A stretch of 64,000 bases of DNA from positions 2,611,538 to 2,675,537 of the forward strand of contig JAAOMT010000128.1 of NCBI GenBank assembly GCA_016748015.1, in the 5' to 3' direction. Below the pieces are notes generated by a model. That model was not told the origin of the DNA and searched no databases. It saw only the letters and a program-made list of their open reading frames with translations. Position 1 is the first letter of the stretch; every line of letters starts with the position of its first letter. This DNA is from Geosiphon pyriformis uo1 (Eukaryota; Fungi; Glomeromycota). The position numbers and the translations under genes are program-made. Positions 11,837-22,004 of this stretch are shown here, one piece after another.

Positions 11837-13920
11837 ATGAAGCAGAAAAGTATTCAAACCAAAGAACAACCCTGTGAATCCCGAAATAGTAAATGGCCTC
11901 GACAATCTGTCTTGCATCATAGTGCTTCGAAGAAAAATGATTTTGAACAATCAAGTAAATTAACTTTTGAAACTGATGTTAAATGTGAAACCGAGGAATC
12001 TCGAGGCGAATCAGAGGGCAAATCTCAAAAGGAGTTCCAAGAGAAATCGCAAGTGAGATCTAAAAATGATTCAGAACAGTCTCAAGAATCGGAAGAGGAA
12101 TCTCCAGATGAATCTACAAAAGGGTCCTTCAATCCACCTTTAGCGAATCAGTCGGAAAATCAAGCCAGTCATGACCCTGATTCATTTTTACAAGCTCAGA
12201 GAAGGCCTCTTACCGAACGTAATCTTTACGCTCTTACGCAGATTTTTGAATCGAGTAATGACAAGCATGAGGAGATAAAACTTTATTGCGAGTATCAAGT
12301 ACGAAGGCACAACGAGAAAAGCACAAGAAAATCAAAGAGGGTTCTTGGTTGCAATAGCGTGATTATCCCCAAGGAATTGAAAAAGAAACCGAAACTCACT
12401 TCTAGATATCAAAGTATCAACAAGAAGGATAAGTGCATCAGAAATACTATGAGAAATTTAAGTTTCTCCCCTTTTTCAAAAAAAGTACGCCGAAAAAAAT
12501 CTGATGAAAATTTGAAATCGGGAAGCTTGATTTCACGCAAGCATGGTAGGTTGAGACGTTCCTCTACCAAATTCCACAGGAAATCCACTTTTGGCAGAAG
12601 GAATGAAGACCCTAGTTCAAAGGACGAACATTCTGATCAAAAGGATTCTTTTCTTGTGAATTCAATCGACAGATATTCTCGTAAGCCTAGAATTACTACA
12701 AAGTCAGCCAAAAATATAAGCCAATCGAGTTGTTTGAAAAGGAAAGATTCGGGGGGTGGTTGTTCTGGAATTTTCAGTAAAGGAAAGACCTCCTCACAAG
12801 TACCAACAAGAGGAGTGCCCGATCTCAGCTTTGTGGAGATAAAATTTCCCCCAAAAAGAGAGCATGATTCAAGTGACCAAGGAGCCAGTGTTCAATCGCA
12901 CACATTAAAAGCCAAAAAAGCTAATTCGTTTACTAAAGAAAAAGGAAAAAAATTGTATTCACATGAAGGTGCCTGTTCGCTAGAGAAATCTAAAAATACG
13001 GAGCAGGAAGGGTCTGAAGAATGTGACGCCAATATTTCGATCACTACTGATAAAGGCGGGACACCGACATCTGTGGATGGCTCTAAATCACCTTCAGGCC
13101 TTGTTAAAACAGAATCTATTATAGACAGTTCGAAGGAAGTGACTCAAGAAGTTGAAAATAGCATCTCCGAATTATCCTCAGATCTTGATAAGGCAATTTC
13201 GATGATGGATAATTTGGAGAATGAAGTATCTAGAGGTATTAACAAGGAAAATACTAAACTTTCTCCAAATCTCGACAATGTTGTATTGATGATGGACAAT
13301 TTGGAGAATGAAGTATCTAAAGGTATTGAAAAGGAAAGTTCTAAAATTTCTCCAAACCTCGATAATGTTATATTGATGATGGACAATTTGGAAAACGGGG
13401 AGATATATCAAGAAATTGATAATGCTGGCTTTGAGTTCTCGTGCAATTTGGATCCGGCAACATTGATGGAAACTTGGGAAAATGGAATGGTGTCTCAATA
13501 CATTGAAAATGGTAGCTTTAAATCCTCTTTGGATCTTGACAAAGCAATATCACTTTTTGATCAATTGGAGGGCAGAGAAATGTTTCCAAACAGTAATAAT
13601 ATTACAGCAGACCAGGATTTTCAAAATATTACATGTTGGTCTCTGGATGAATTGTCATCCCAATCGGTAAAAATTATTTCGGATTTTATTTATTTTTGGT
13701 CTGATTTTGAACAAGATTTTATTTTAATAAATAAAAAATTTATCAGCCGGAATATTTTCAGGATGATGACGAATTTGATGAGGATACATATTTGGATCAA
13801 GAAACAAATAGGGTTGATGATTTTAATGAAAGTTATTACAATGATATGCCATTTAAAGAACAAAATTTTAATATACAAGGTGAATTCAATCCATTTGGTC
13901 GTAAACACCGTCTTTATTAA
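11837..13920 (+). CDS. Uncharacterised ~667-aa low-complexity protein with internal 25-aa repeats
   Basis: Long ORF with a phase-0 intron at 13667-13746 (TCG|gtaaaa...atcag|CCG). Splicing gives an acidic last exon ending FNPFGRKHRLY*. Contains GIFSKGKTSS..RGVPDLSFVEIKF, resembling a motif I recall from conserved fungal hypothetical proteins. Confidence 0.75.
13150..13580 (+). repeat. Coding tandem repeat, ~75-bp (25-aa) unit, ~5 copies
   Basis: LSSDLDKAISMMDNLENEVS / LSPNLDNVVLMMDNLENEVS / ISPNLDNVILMMDNLENGE / FSCNLDPATLMETWENG / SSLDLDKAISLFDQLEG. Confidence 0.85.
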
Positions 13921-14434
13921 AGAAAAATTGGCAAGTTTCATAAACCAATTATGATATTAAAAGAAAATTAGCTTTAACTTCAACTAAAATTTTTTATTAA
14001 GAAGATTTAATTTATTTCGAACTGTAAAAAGTTTAAAATAATGTATGTAAAATAAACATTATTTATTAAATTTCTTGTCATAATTTTTATTTTTGCAAAA
14101 TAAACTAGAAATGTTAATATTTTGGAAATACATTTAATAAAGTTGTTTAAACTTTGATAATTTACGTTTAAATCGTAAAATTATAATGGAGATCGTTAAA
14201 AGGTTTACAATAAAAAGATATATTCATAAAAACTTCGAAGTAAATAGAAAAAAGTTTTGCTTTTTGAAACCAAAATGCCATGAAATATTATTAGGCGAGG
14301 TATCAACCCAAAAAATAATTGGTCGAGAAAGTAGTAGCTCCTTGAAAAAGAGGCCACGTGATCCATTATTGATTCATCCTGATGGATATAACACGACAAG
14401 TCTTTTTTGAATTTTCATTAAGATTCAAGGAGAT

Positions 14435-17415
14435 ATGAGCTTTTATCAATACGAAGAGGCGGATGAAGAGGATCTCGAACCTACCGAGGTTCAAATGGTC
14501 GTCGATAATTCATACTCTGTGGATGACGATCTAATTGAAGATGGTATTTAAGAAAAGCGCTCTATTTTAGAAAAATCAATATTCTATAGTTAGCTACCAC
14601 TCGTCTTACTAATGTCACCCCTTTAGACCCCTCTGCAGTGCAGCAACTGCAGCTTCAGCAACAGTATGCTGCTCAAGCACAAATACCTGATGTGGTTAAA
14701 AATTTTATCGTTTATTTTCACCGCAACATCCTTGAAAATAACGTTTATGAGTTGCACGGAATATATGAGAACTCATTTAACCGATTGACCGAAAAGTACT
14801 ATGAGAAACAACCTTGGCCAAAAGCTGATTTCATTGCACCTCTGGTAAATGATGGTATGCCTCAGTCACAGTGTCATGTATTCAATCTCTTGTTCGTTAG
14901 CTTCAAGAGTGTTTGAATTAAGATTTGTTGGTTTTGTAGATCAAGTTTTTCTGACATTATATCGCGAGCTTTATTATCGTCATATATACTCTAAGCTCAC
15001 CCCAACCATAGAGCATCGGTTTCATTCATACGAGAATTATTGTGATCTTTTCAATTATATCCTCAGTAAATACTTTTAAAATCTCTCTTAATCAGAGGAC
15101 AAATTATTCAAGCAATAACCTTTCCCCTATTGACTGATCAAAAGACTCGGATGGACCTGTGGCATTAGAGCTCCCCAACCAATGGCTTTGGGATATAATC
15201 GATGAATTCATTTATCAGTTTCAATCATTTTGTAATTACCGAAATCGACTTAAGAATAAGTCAGACGAAGAGATCTCTTTGTTGCGTGAAAATGTTCAGG
15301 TATGATATCGTCAAGAACTTTTGAAAACTCTATTGCGCATAACCTTTTAAGGTATAATTCAAGTGCTAATCATTTAATTTCAGGTTTGGAGTTGCTACAG
15401 CGTGTTGAATGTTTTGTACTCGCTGATTACAAAGTCTAAGATAACTGAGCAGTTGCTTGTCACCAAAAATGGTGGTGATATGATGTATTTTTAATTATTT
15501 ACATTTTGCTTTGGATTGCTTTCAGTTCATAGTATAAAACCTGCATAACCTTACATTTAAATAGTGAAGCCGCAGGAGAATACGGCTCTCGAGCTCTATA
15601 CAAAATGTTAGGGTACTTTAGTATCATTGGCCTCTTGCGTGTCCATTGCTTACTAGGGGATTATACTTTGGCTTTAAAGATGATGGACAATATCGAGTTA
15701 AATAAAAAGGCACGAAATGTTATAACTCGAGATCGTATTTTTTTAAATATTGATTAATGTTGTAACTCTTCTTTAAATTAGGCCCTTTTTGCGCGGGTTA
15801 CTGCATGTCATGTCACAACATATTACTATGTTGGCTTCTCTTATATGATGATGCGAAGATATGCGGACGCAATAAAGGCCTTCTCTCACGTTCTTGTCTT
15901 CATTGCGAGAACTAAGATGTACCATACCCGTTCGTATCAGTTTGATGAGGTAGACCATTTCAATTTCTTTTTTTGGATTTACACTTACTAGTAATAGGAA
16001 ATATCGTCAAAATTAAAAGAGAACTCTTATAATTTACCGCCCCTAATAGATAAATAAAAAAGGTGATCAAATGTATGCCCTTTTGGCAATCTGTATCTCT
16101 CTTTGCCCCACTCGGTTGGACGAAAATATCCATTCTTACTTGAGGGAAAAATATGGCGATCATTTGACAAAAATACAACGAGGGTGGGTACAACCGCATA
16201 TAGCTATTTTTACAAGATTAGGAAATGATCAGAATTTCTGGGCACTAGAGCGAGAAATCTTGGTTATTTCTCGGTCCAGTTAACAATAAATAGGGTATTT
16301 CCCAGTACCGTTACCCCCGGATTAGGGTCTTTCCCTCACTTTCATTGCGAATTCATTTGTACTTATTGATATGGGTATTTTCCCAGCTCTTCTGGAAGCT
16401 CCAGATGATACGAAAATGGTTGACCAAATCTATTCATTGATTCTCAGAGCATTTTCGTTTGTTCTGGAATTCATCAAGAAACGGGAAATTACCTAGTATC
16501 ATCTTAGAGATTCTAGTAGAGAGGGAAGATACTAAGAGCAAAATAGCCCGGAAGTTAATGAGAGACCAGGGAACAAAATTCATATACCAGCCTATCATTT
16601 TCCGGTGCTTAAAACCTTTATCAACATGATGCACATAGGGAGGAAGGGATTTCAGTTTTTGAAGATTTGTTCTTCTACGCATGCCCTAAATTTATTTCAC
16701 CTATCGGACCAAACTTCGAAGATCTAAATAGTTTGAATCAGTCAATCGTAAGTGAATGTTTTCTATTCGTAAACAAAGAATTTTCCTATTGGCACCCTAT
16801 TCACCTTGTTAATCGACACTTCCAGGAACCACAACATCATCATGCCAAAATATTCATTTCTGAAGTTCGCCACCAGATCTTAATACCAACTTTAAGATCG
16901 TACCTTAAATTGTATACTACTATGGGGATAGATAAATTAGCCACTTTTTTAGAGATCGATCCTGAGGAACTCAGGTAGGTCTGCTTCTGATTTAAGTTTA
17001 TTATGTTCATCATATGATATTGAAATTCTTTTGCCTCTATATAGGACGCAATTGCTTATATTTAAACAAAAATCCCGACAGCAAAAATGGAGCAATGGAA
17101 CTTTGTTAGAAGGAGAGTATGTCACGACTTCTGATCTTGATTTTTGTTTAAAAAAGGTATTAAATTTGTTTTTTTTCAACATTTTGTTTCATAATATCTG
17201 ATCAAAACTGATAGTTTTAATATCAAAATGTAGGATATGATTCACATTGCCGAGTCTAAAATTGGACGGCGGTATGGTGATTGGTTCTTGCGGAACATTA
17301 ATAAATTTCAGGTATTTAGTGTATCTTTTATGTTTATAAAAAGAGTTTTTTCTTATCCATTTACGTTTACCAATTACACAAGGATATCATTGCCGGTTTA
17401 GAGCTACGCAATTGA
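14435..17415 (+). CDS. EIF3L: Eukaryotic translation initiation factor 3 subunit L, multi-exon
   Basis: Contains [98 protein letters not shown] and [19 protein letters not shown]. Stop TGA at 17413-17415. Confidence 0.95.
16221..16603 (+). ncRNA. Candidate structured intronic RNA (unassigned) in the 455-nt eIF3L intron 16184-16638
   Basis: Nested helices: 16221-16229/16594-16603, 16233-16243/16546-16556 (two G-U pairs), hairpin 16244-16280, 16329-16337/16521-16528, 16368-16384/16483-16500 and 16400-16418/16450-16468. The intron is about 5 times longer than its neighbours. Confidence 0.6.
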
Positions 17416-18106
17416 ATATTTAAAATATACTTATAACTATTCTTAAAATACATCACTCCTCTAATAATTCAAAGCATATTGCATTAAAAGTGTGTGAAAT
17501 TACTCAATCACTTATGGAATGTATACTTTGGATATTACCAAAGGAGCAATTAAAAAATTAGCCCGAGAATTGTTTCATTAGCATCAATATTTTTTTAATT
17601 TCACCTAAGATTTTGTCACGGCAAATTCATCGGTTAGAAATCTCAACTTGGAGAAGGTCTACGAAATTATCAATAAGATGCAGCTGATCTTCCAATCTTT
17701 CTTTGCTGCCTGACATAACTCCAGTTTTACGCGTCAATGCTATTGAAATTAAAGATGCAAATTATTCAGCCTGGGAAATTAGAAAAATCCTGAGAGCTTC
17801 GTTTGACTAGAAGCGGAATTTCTTTTGGGGCGGGGGGAAGGGAAATAATAATTTGCGCATAATTCTAATTACAATAATATATCAGTGATTTCCGAAGAAT
17901 ATTTACTTTCACAATGAAAGTTATTGTAATTATGTCAATATTGATGTCAATTAAAGTTTGCAACACAGATAAAAGATTTGTATTACAGAAATTATTTAAA
18001 TTTTTGGGTATATTAAAAGCGAGTGATATATTTTATTTTTAAAACAATGTCAAAAATGGCTTTATTGAGATCCAAACGAAAAGACCCAAAATCTACTTTG
18101 AAACGA

Positions 18107-19468
18107 ATGATTCCTTGGATATTTTTCATTTTTGCGATATTACTTGGATCATGTTTCGAATTTAAAAAGATTACCGATGAGGTATCTTTGAAGGAAACTT
18201 TTTCAAAAGGTTCCAAATCAAAAATTTTGTTTAAGACAAATATAGATGAATAAGAAAACCAAAAAAAACCTAAATTAAATTAGAAAATCTTTTATTTCTA
18301 GCCTTTACTCAAAATCAAAATTTCCCCAAACAAAAATTTATCAAAAGAACACAAATTGAGGCTGATGGGGAGGCTAATAAACGTCTAGTAATTGAGAAGG
18401 ACCTACTAGGAAAACTTGCAATCTATGTGAGATACGCTAATGAAGTGTATTGTTTGTACTTGGGAGAAGTCAGTGAAAACGTTTATTGTGAGAATAATCT
18501 AATTTTTTTTTGCAAATAATACTTTTACTATTTCACCACTCAATATTAAAATACTTTACTTGATTTTTAGTCCATGTATCTGTAGACGAAAAAAACTTGG
18601 AAGTAGTTGTGGCATTTGGTGGGAAAGAATTAGATTTGTATCAATACATTGACCGCAAAAATGAACTTGTAAAATATTTAGATGTTGAAGATGCCAAAGT
18701 GGATAAAATATTTTACCACAATTTCATGTCCACGAGGAAAGTTGTGGAACAAAAAATCCTAAAAATTTTACTATCAGAAAAATACAAACATTATAAAGTC
18801 GTTTTTACCGGGCATGGTACAGGAGGAGGTGAGATTTTAAATTATGAAAATGAATTTTCATTAAAGATTAAAATAATAACTTATTGTAATTATTTCTTTG
18901 AAAAGTCTACGCCGTATTTACTGCACTGCAATTACAACCAGAAATTCAAGATACTTGGTTAGAAGTATATACTTATGGTCAACCACGAATGGGCAATGCA
19001 ATTTTCGCAGAGTATGTTGACAATACCATCTCAATGATCTATCGAATCACACTTGCAGATGATTACGTGCCTCAATTTCCGAGAATAACGTTCAAAAAAT
19101 ATGAACGTGATGTTGAAGGGTATTGGCACCTAGAAACTGAATTTTGGATAAATATGGTTTGTGATTGTGCAAATGTCAATCCACCATTGCCTGAAATGTC
19201 CTACGAGGTTTATAAATGTGAAGGATACATTTTGAAAAAATTTTACCCAAAACATCTTATCGTTGAGGAGAACCCGGTATTTTAAATTTTTTAAATTTTT
19301 TGAATTTAAATTCTTTCACATACTGACTAATGTTAAAATGTGCAATATTAGTATTGCAATATGGCTAAAAAAAATTGGAATAATTATGTCGGAATATCAT
19401 ACCATTATGGTCCTTATTTTGGACAATTTATGGGTGATTGTAGAACTTTTAATAAAGAGCCATCCTGA
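18107..19468 (+). CDS. Secreted class-3 lipase homologue lacking the nucleophile Ser (pseudo-lipase), multi-exon
   Basis: Signal-like MIPWIFFIFAILLGSC, then YANEVYC, VVVAFGG, VVFTGHGTGG, YTYGQPRMGNAIFAEYV, RIT..DDYVPQFP, YWHLETEFWI, EENP and YHYGPYFG. An upstream in-frame ATG at 18047 is possible. Confidence 0.85.
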
Positions 19469-21118
19469 GAAAAATTGTGAATCGATTGAAATTTTTAGTA
19501 TCAAACTATTCATTAAAAATAAATTTAATGAAGGATGAAAATTTATTTAGGTCCCATTCAAAACCTTGGGATCTTGTTGAAGAATACAATGTTTTCCTTT
19601 TTTTCTTTTTGACTGACCTGGCATTTTACAATCAATTAAGAGTTTAAAGAAGTAGTCATATATTTCAGCGCAGATTTATTGTCACTGAATTTTTATTAAT
19701 TTTTTACATGTATTGAAAATTATGTCCCAAGTAACCTAATTTAAATATTTTTGTAATTTCATTTTTGGGAACATATTACCAAAAATAAGGATCTTTATCC
19801 ACCATTGAGTTTAATGGTTTTCTATTTGGACCTCGGACATATATCCTGACTGAGAAAAGCACTAATAAATAACTCGATGAGTTTTTCAACAATCTTGAGG
19901 AATAATTTCTTGTGAGAAAACTTTGTTCCCGATTCTTGATTAGCTAAATCTTATCATTATAACTGTTTTTTTGGGGACAAGTCTGAATGCCAGTGCAGCG
20001 AAACTAAAAGTGAATTAAGGATAAATTATGACAGGATTAAGTAAACATTAAATAGATTATTACAAGAAAGTCAAAGATAAAGTAAAAATCTAAGTCACTT
20101 TTCTTCTATAATTAAATTCGATATATACCTCCATGACCGGTAAAAAAGTAGACAAAATACCTATATAACTCCTCAGTTTCGAGTACCTTAGAAGCATCTG
20201 AAGAATTCCTTCTTCATCTTTCATATACCTATTCGTCTATAGCGACATGTCATTTGAGATATTTCTGAAATACATTAATGTTCTAATTTTAGTCGATAAT
20301 CAGTTGGTCTTAATAATTAAAACTAAAAAATGTGAAGAATTTTGAATAGAAATATGATTTTATAAAAATCCAAGTTTACACCATTGAAGTGTAGGTCGTA
20401 TTTTCCCAAAAGCAAAATATGAATACTATGCCATTCCAGAAAGTGGTAAAATTTGCTCGGTTAAAACCATTTCTGATATAGAAAATTTGAAACCCGACGC
20501 TTTTTACAATGCTTTTTAATGGCACTTTGAAAAATTTTTAGTGAAATCTCAACTCTTTTTGCGCTACTTTTTGATTTCGAGTTATTATCGTTTTGTGTTG
20601 GATTATATCGGTTAAACTCTTTTCAATGTTCCAAAGAATTCTTATGAAAAAAATTCGACCCTGATAGGCTAAAAAAAACAAAATTTTCTGAAAAGGGAAA
20701 ATTTTGAACGATGCATTGGGAAATTGAGTCCCATCATCATATGAAATGTTCAAGGAAATACATGTACACTAAACTCTTATCTCTCTCTTCCTAACGAATA
20801 TCCGATGTTTTTGAGCATACAAAAAATAAATATTCCGGAATTGGAAAAAATTTACCATGGTTAATTTTTATCGGAAAATATGTATCATAAATTCTTTACG
20901 AAAAATCACAAATGGCAAAAAATATTTATATAATCCGTTTTATTTTATTCAAATAAATTATAAAGATTTATAAAATTAGTCAATATATATTGAATTCAAT
21001 TCCAAATATGACATTAAAGGTAGTAAGTCTTACAGTTTTTTTTATAAAATTCAAGTAGTGAAAATTAAATTTCAACTATAATATAATATTATTCCGTATA
21101 TTAGGTGTCCTTACATCT

Positions 21119-21472
21119 TTAATGGTGATACTGGTGACGACCATGACGATGATGCCGAGGTTTAGGATGATAATAACGAATTTTCGGGAGTCTTTTACCA
21201 TAAGCCCGCATTCCCTCATCTTCAATTTCACTATCGGTTTCTTCATCTTCTCCATCCTCTTCATAATCTTCATAACCCTCCTGGCGTTTGTAAAGAGTAG
21301 GTTTATCAGCCGTTAGTGCGGCTCCAACGTTGGACTCATATCGGCGAATCAAACCCAAAGGATTGCGAGCAGGATATGAATTTTGATTTTGAGGTGAAGC
21401 AGAGGCAAAAAATCCAATGCAAGCGATGATTAAGATGACGATAGCGATATCTTGAAAAGAGGTGAAAGCCAT
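21119..21472 (-). CDS. Small secreted prepropeptide (117 aa) with dibasic processing sites and a His/Arg-rich C-terminal peptide
   Basis: Single GC-richer ORF in AT-rich flanks. It has a hydrophobic signal ending ASA|SP, RR, KR and GKR sites, an acidic spacer, and the C-terminus LPKIRYYHPKPRHHRHGRHQYHH. A TATA-like TATAAATA lies ~75 bp upstream on the minus strand. Confidence 0.8.
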   Translation of the reverse strand: MAFTSFQDIAIVILIIACIGFFASASPQNQNSYPARNPLGLIRRYESNVGAALTADKPTLYKRQEGYEDYEEDGEDEETDSEIEDEGMRAYGKRLPKIRYYHPKPRHHRHGRHQYHH

Positions 21473-22004
21473 TTTCAAGTTTTAAAATAATTAAAGAGTA
21501 TAATTGTTTTATTTAGTTAAATCAAAGAAATTGGAATACTGGGTTTATTTATAAGGTTACCTAATTCATGCTATTTTCTTGATTTCAACTTTGGGGATGA
21601 TTCATGCTAATGCTAAGGCATTATGGTAAATTTGTGATGGAATCTTTTGATGATGGAATCATTTTAACTTTTTTCAATAACCAAATTTCAAGACTAGTTT
21701 CTTTTTTAGAAACCAAAATTTCGATTATTAATTTTGCTAAGCTGTAAGCTTGCTTAAATTTAAAATGAATAGGTATAACTAGTGCTTATTACTTTCAATA
21801 GCAAGATATGGTGTTAATTTCAAACTTACACATGGTCATTATTAATTATTTAACTATAATTAAAAAGACCAAACCAATCTTGCTGTGAAAAAAAACATGT
21901 CACATGTTTATGGATGAGTTTTAAGTTTATTACAAATAACACTGAAGACACAAAAATAAAAAAATATTTGTTATTATAAATCTTGGGATTTTTCGAGAAC
22001 AAAA

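Noticed and set aside
13667-13954. C-terminal ~95 aa of the 705-aa ORF in the ORF track
   Set aside because: This is read-through of an 80-nt intron into the wrong frame. The spliced frame ends at 13920.
16184-16638. Assigning the intronic RNA as RNase P/MRP, U3, snR30/U17, telomerase RNA, SECIS, TPP riboswitch or group I intron
   Set aside because: Only partial look-alikes are present (AGAGCGAG resembling U3 box B, a single TTAGGG, a P1/P2/P3-like order). The required conserved motifs and their spacing are absent.
20100-20800. Possible exon remnants of a further gene on the minus strand
   Set aside because: Splice-like boundaries exist, but there are stops in all frames and no recognisable motif.
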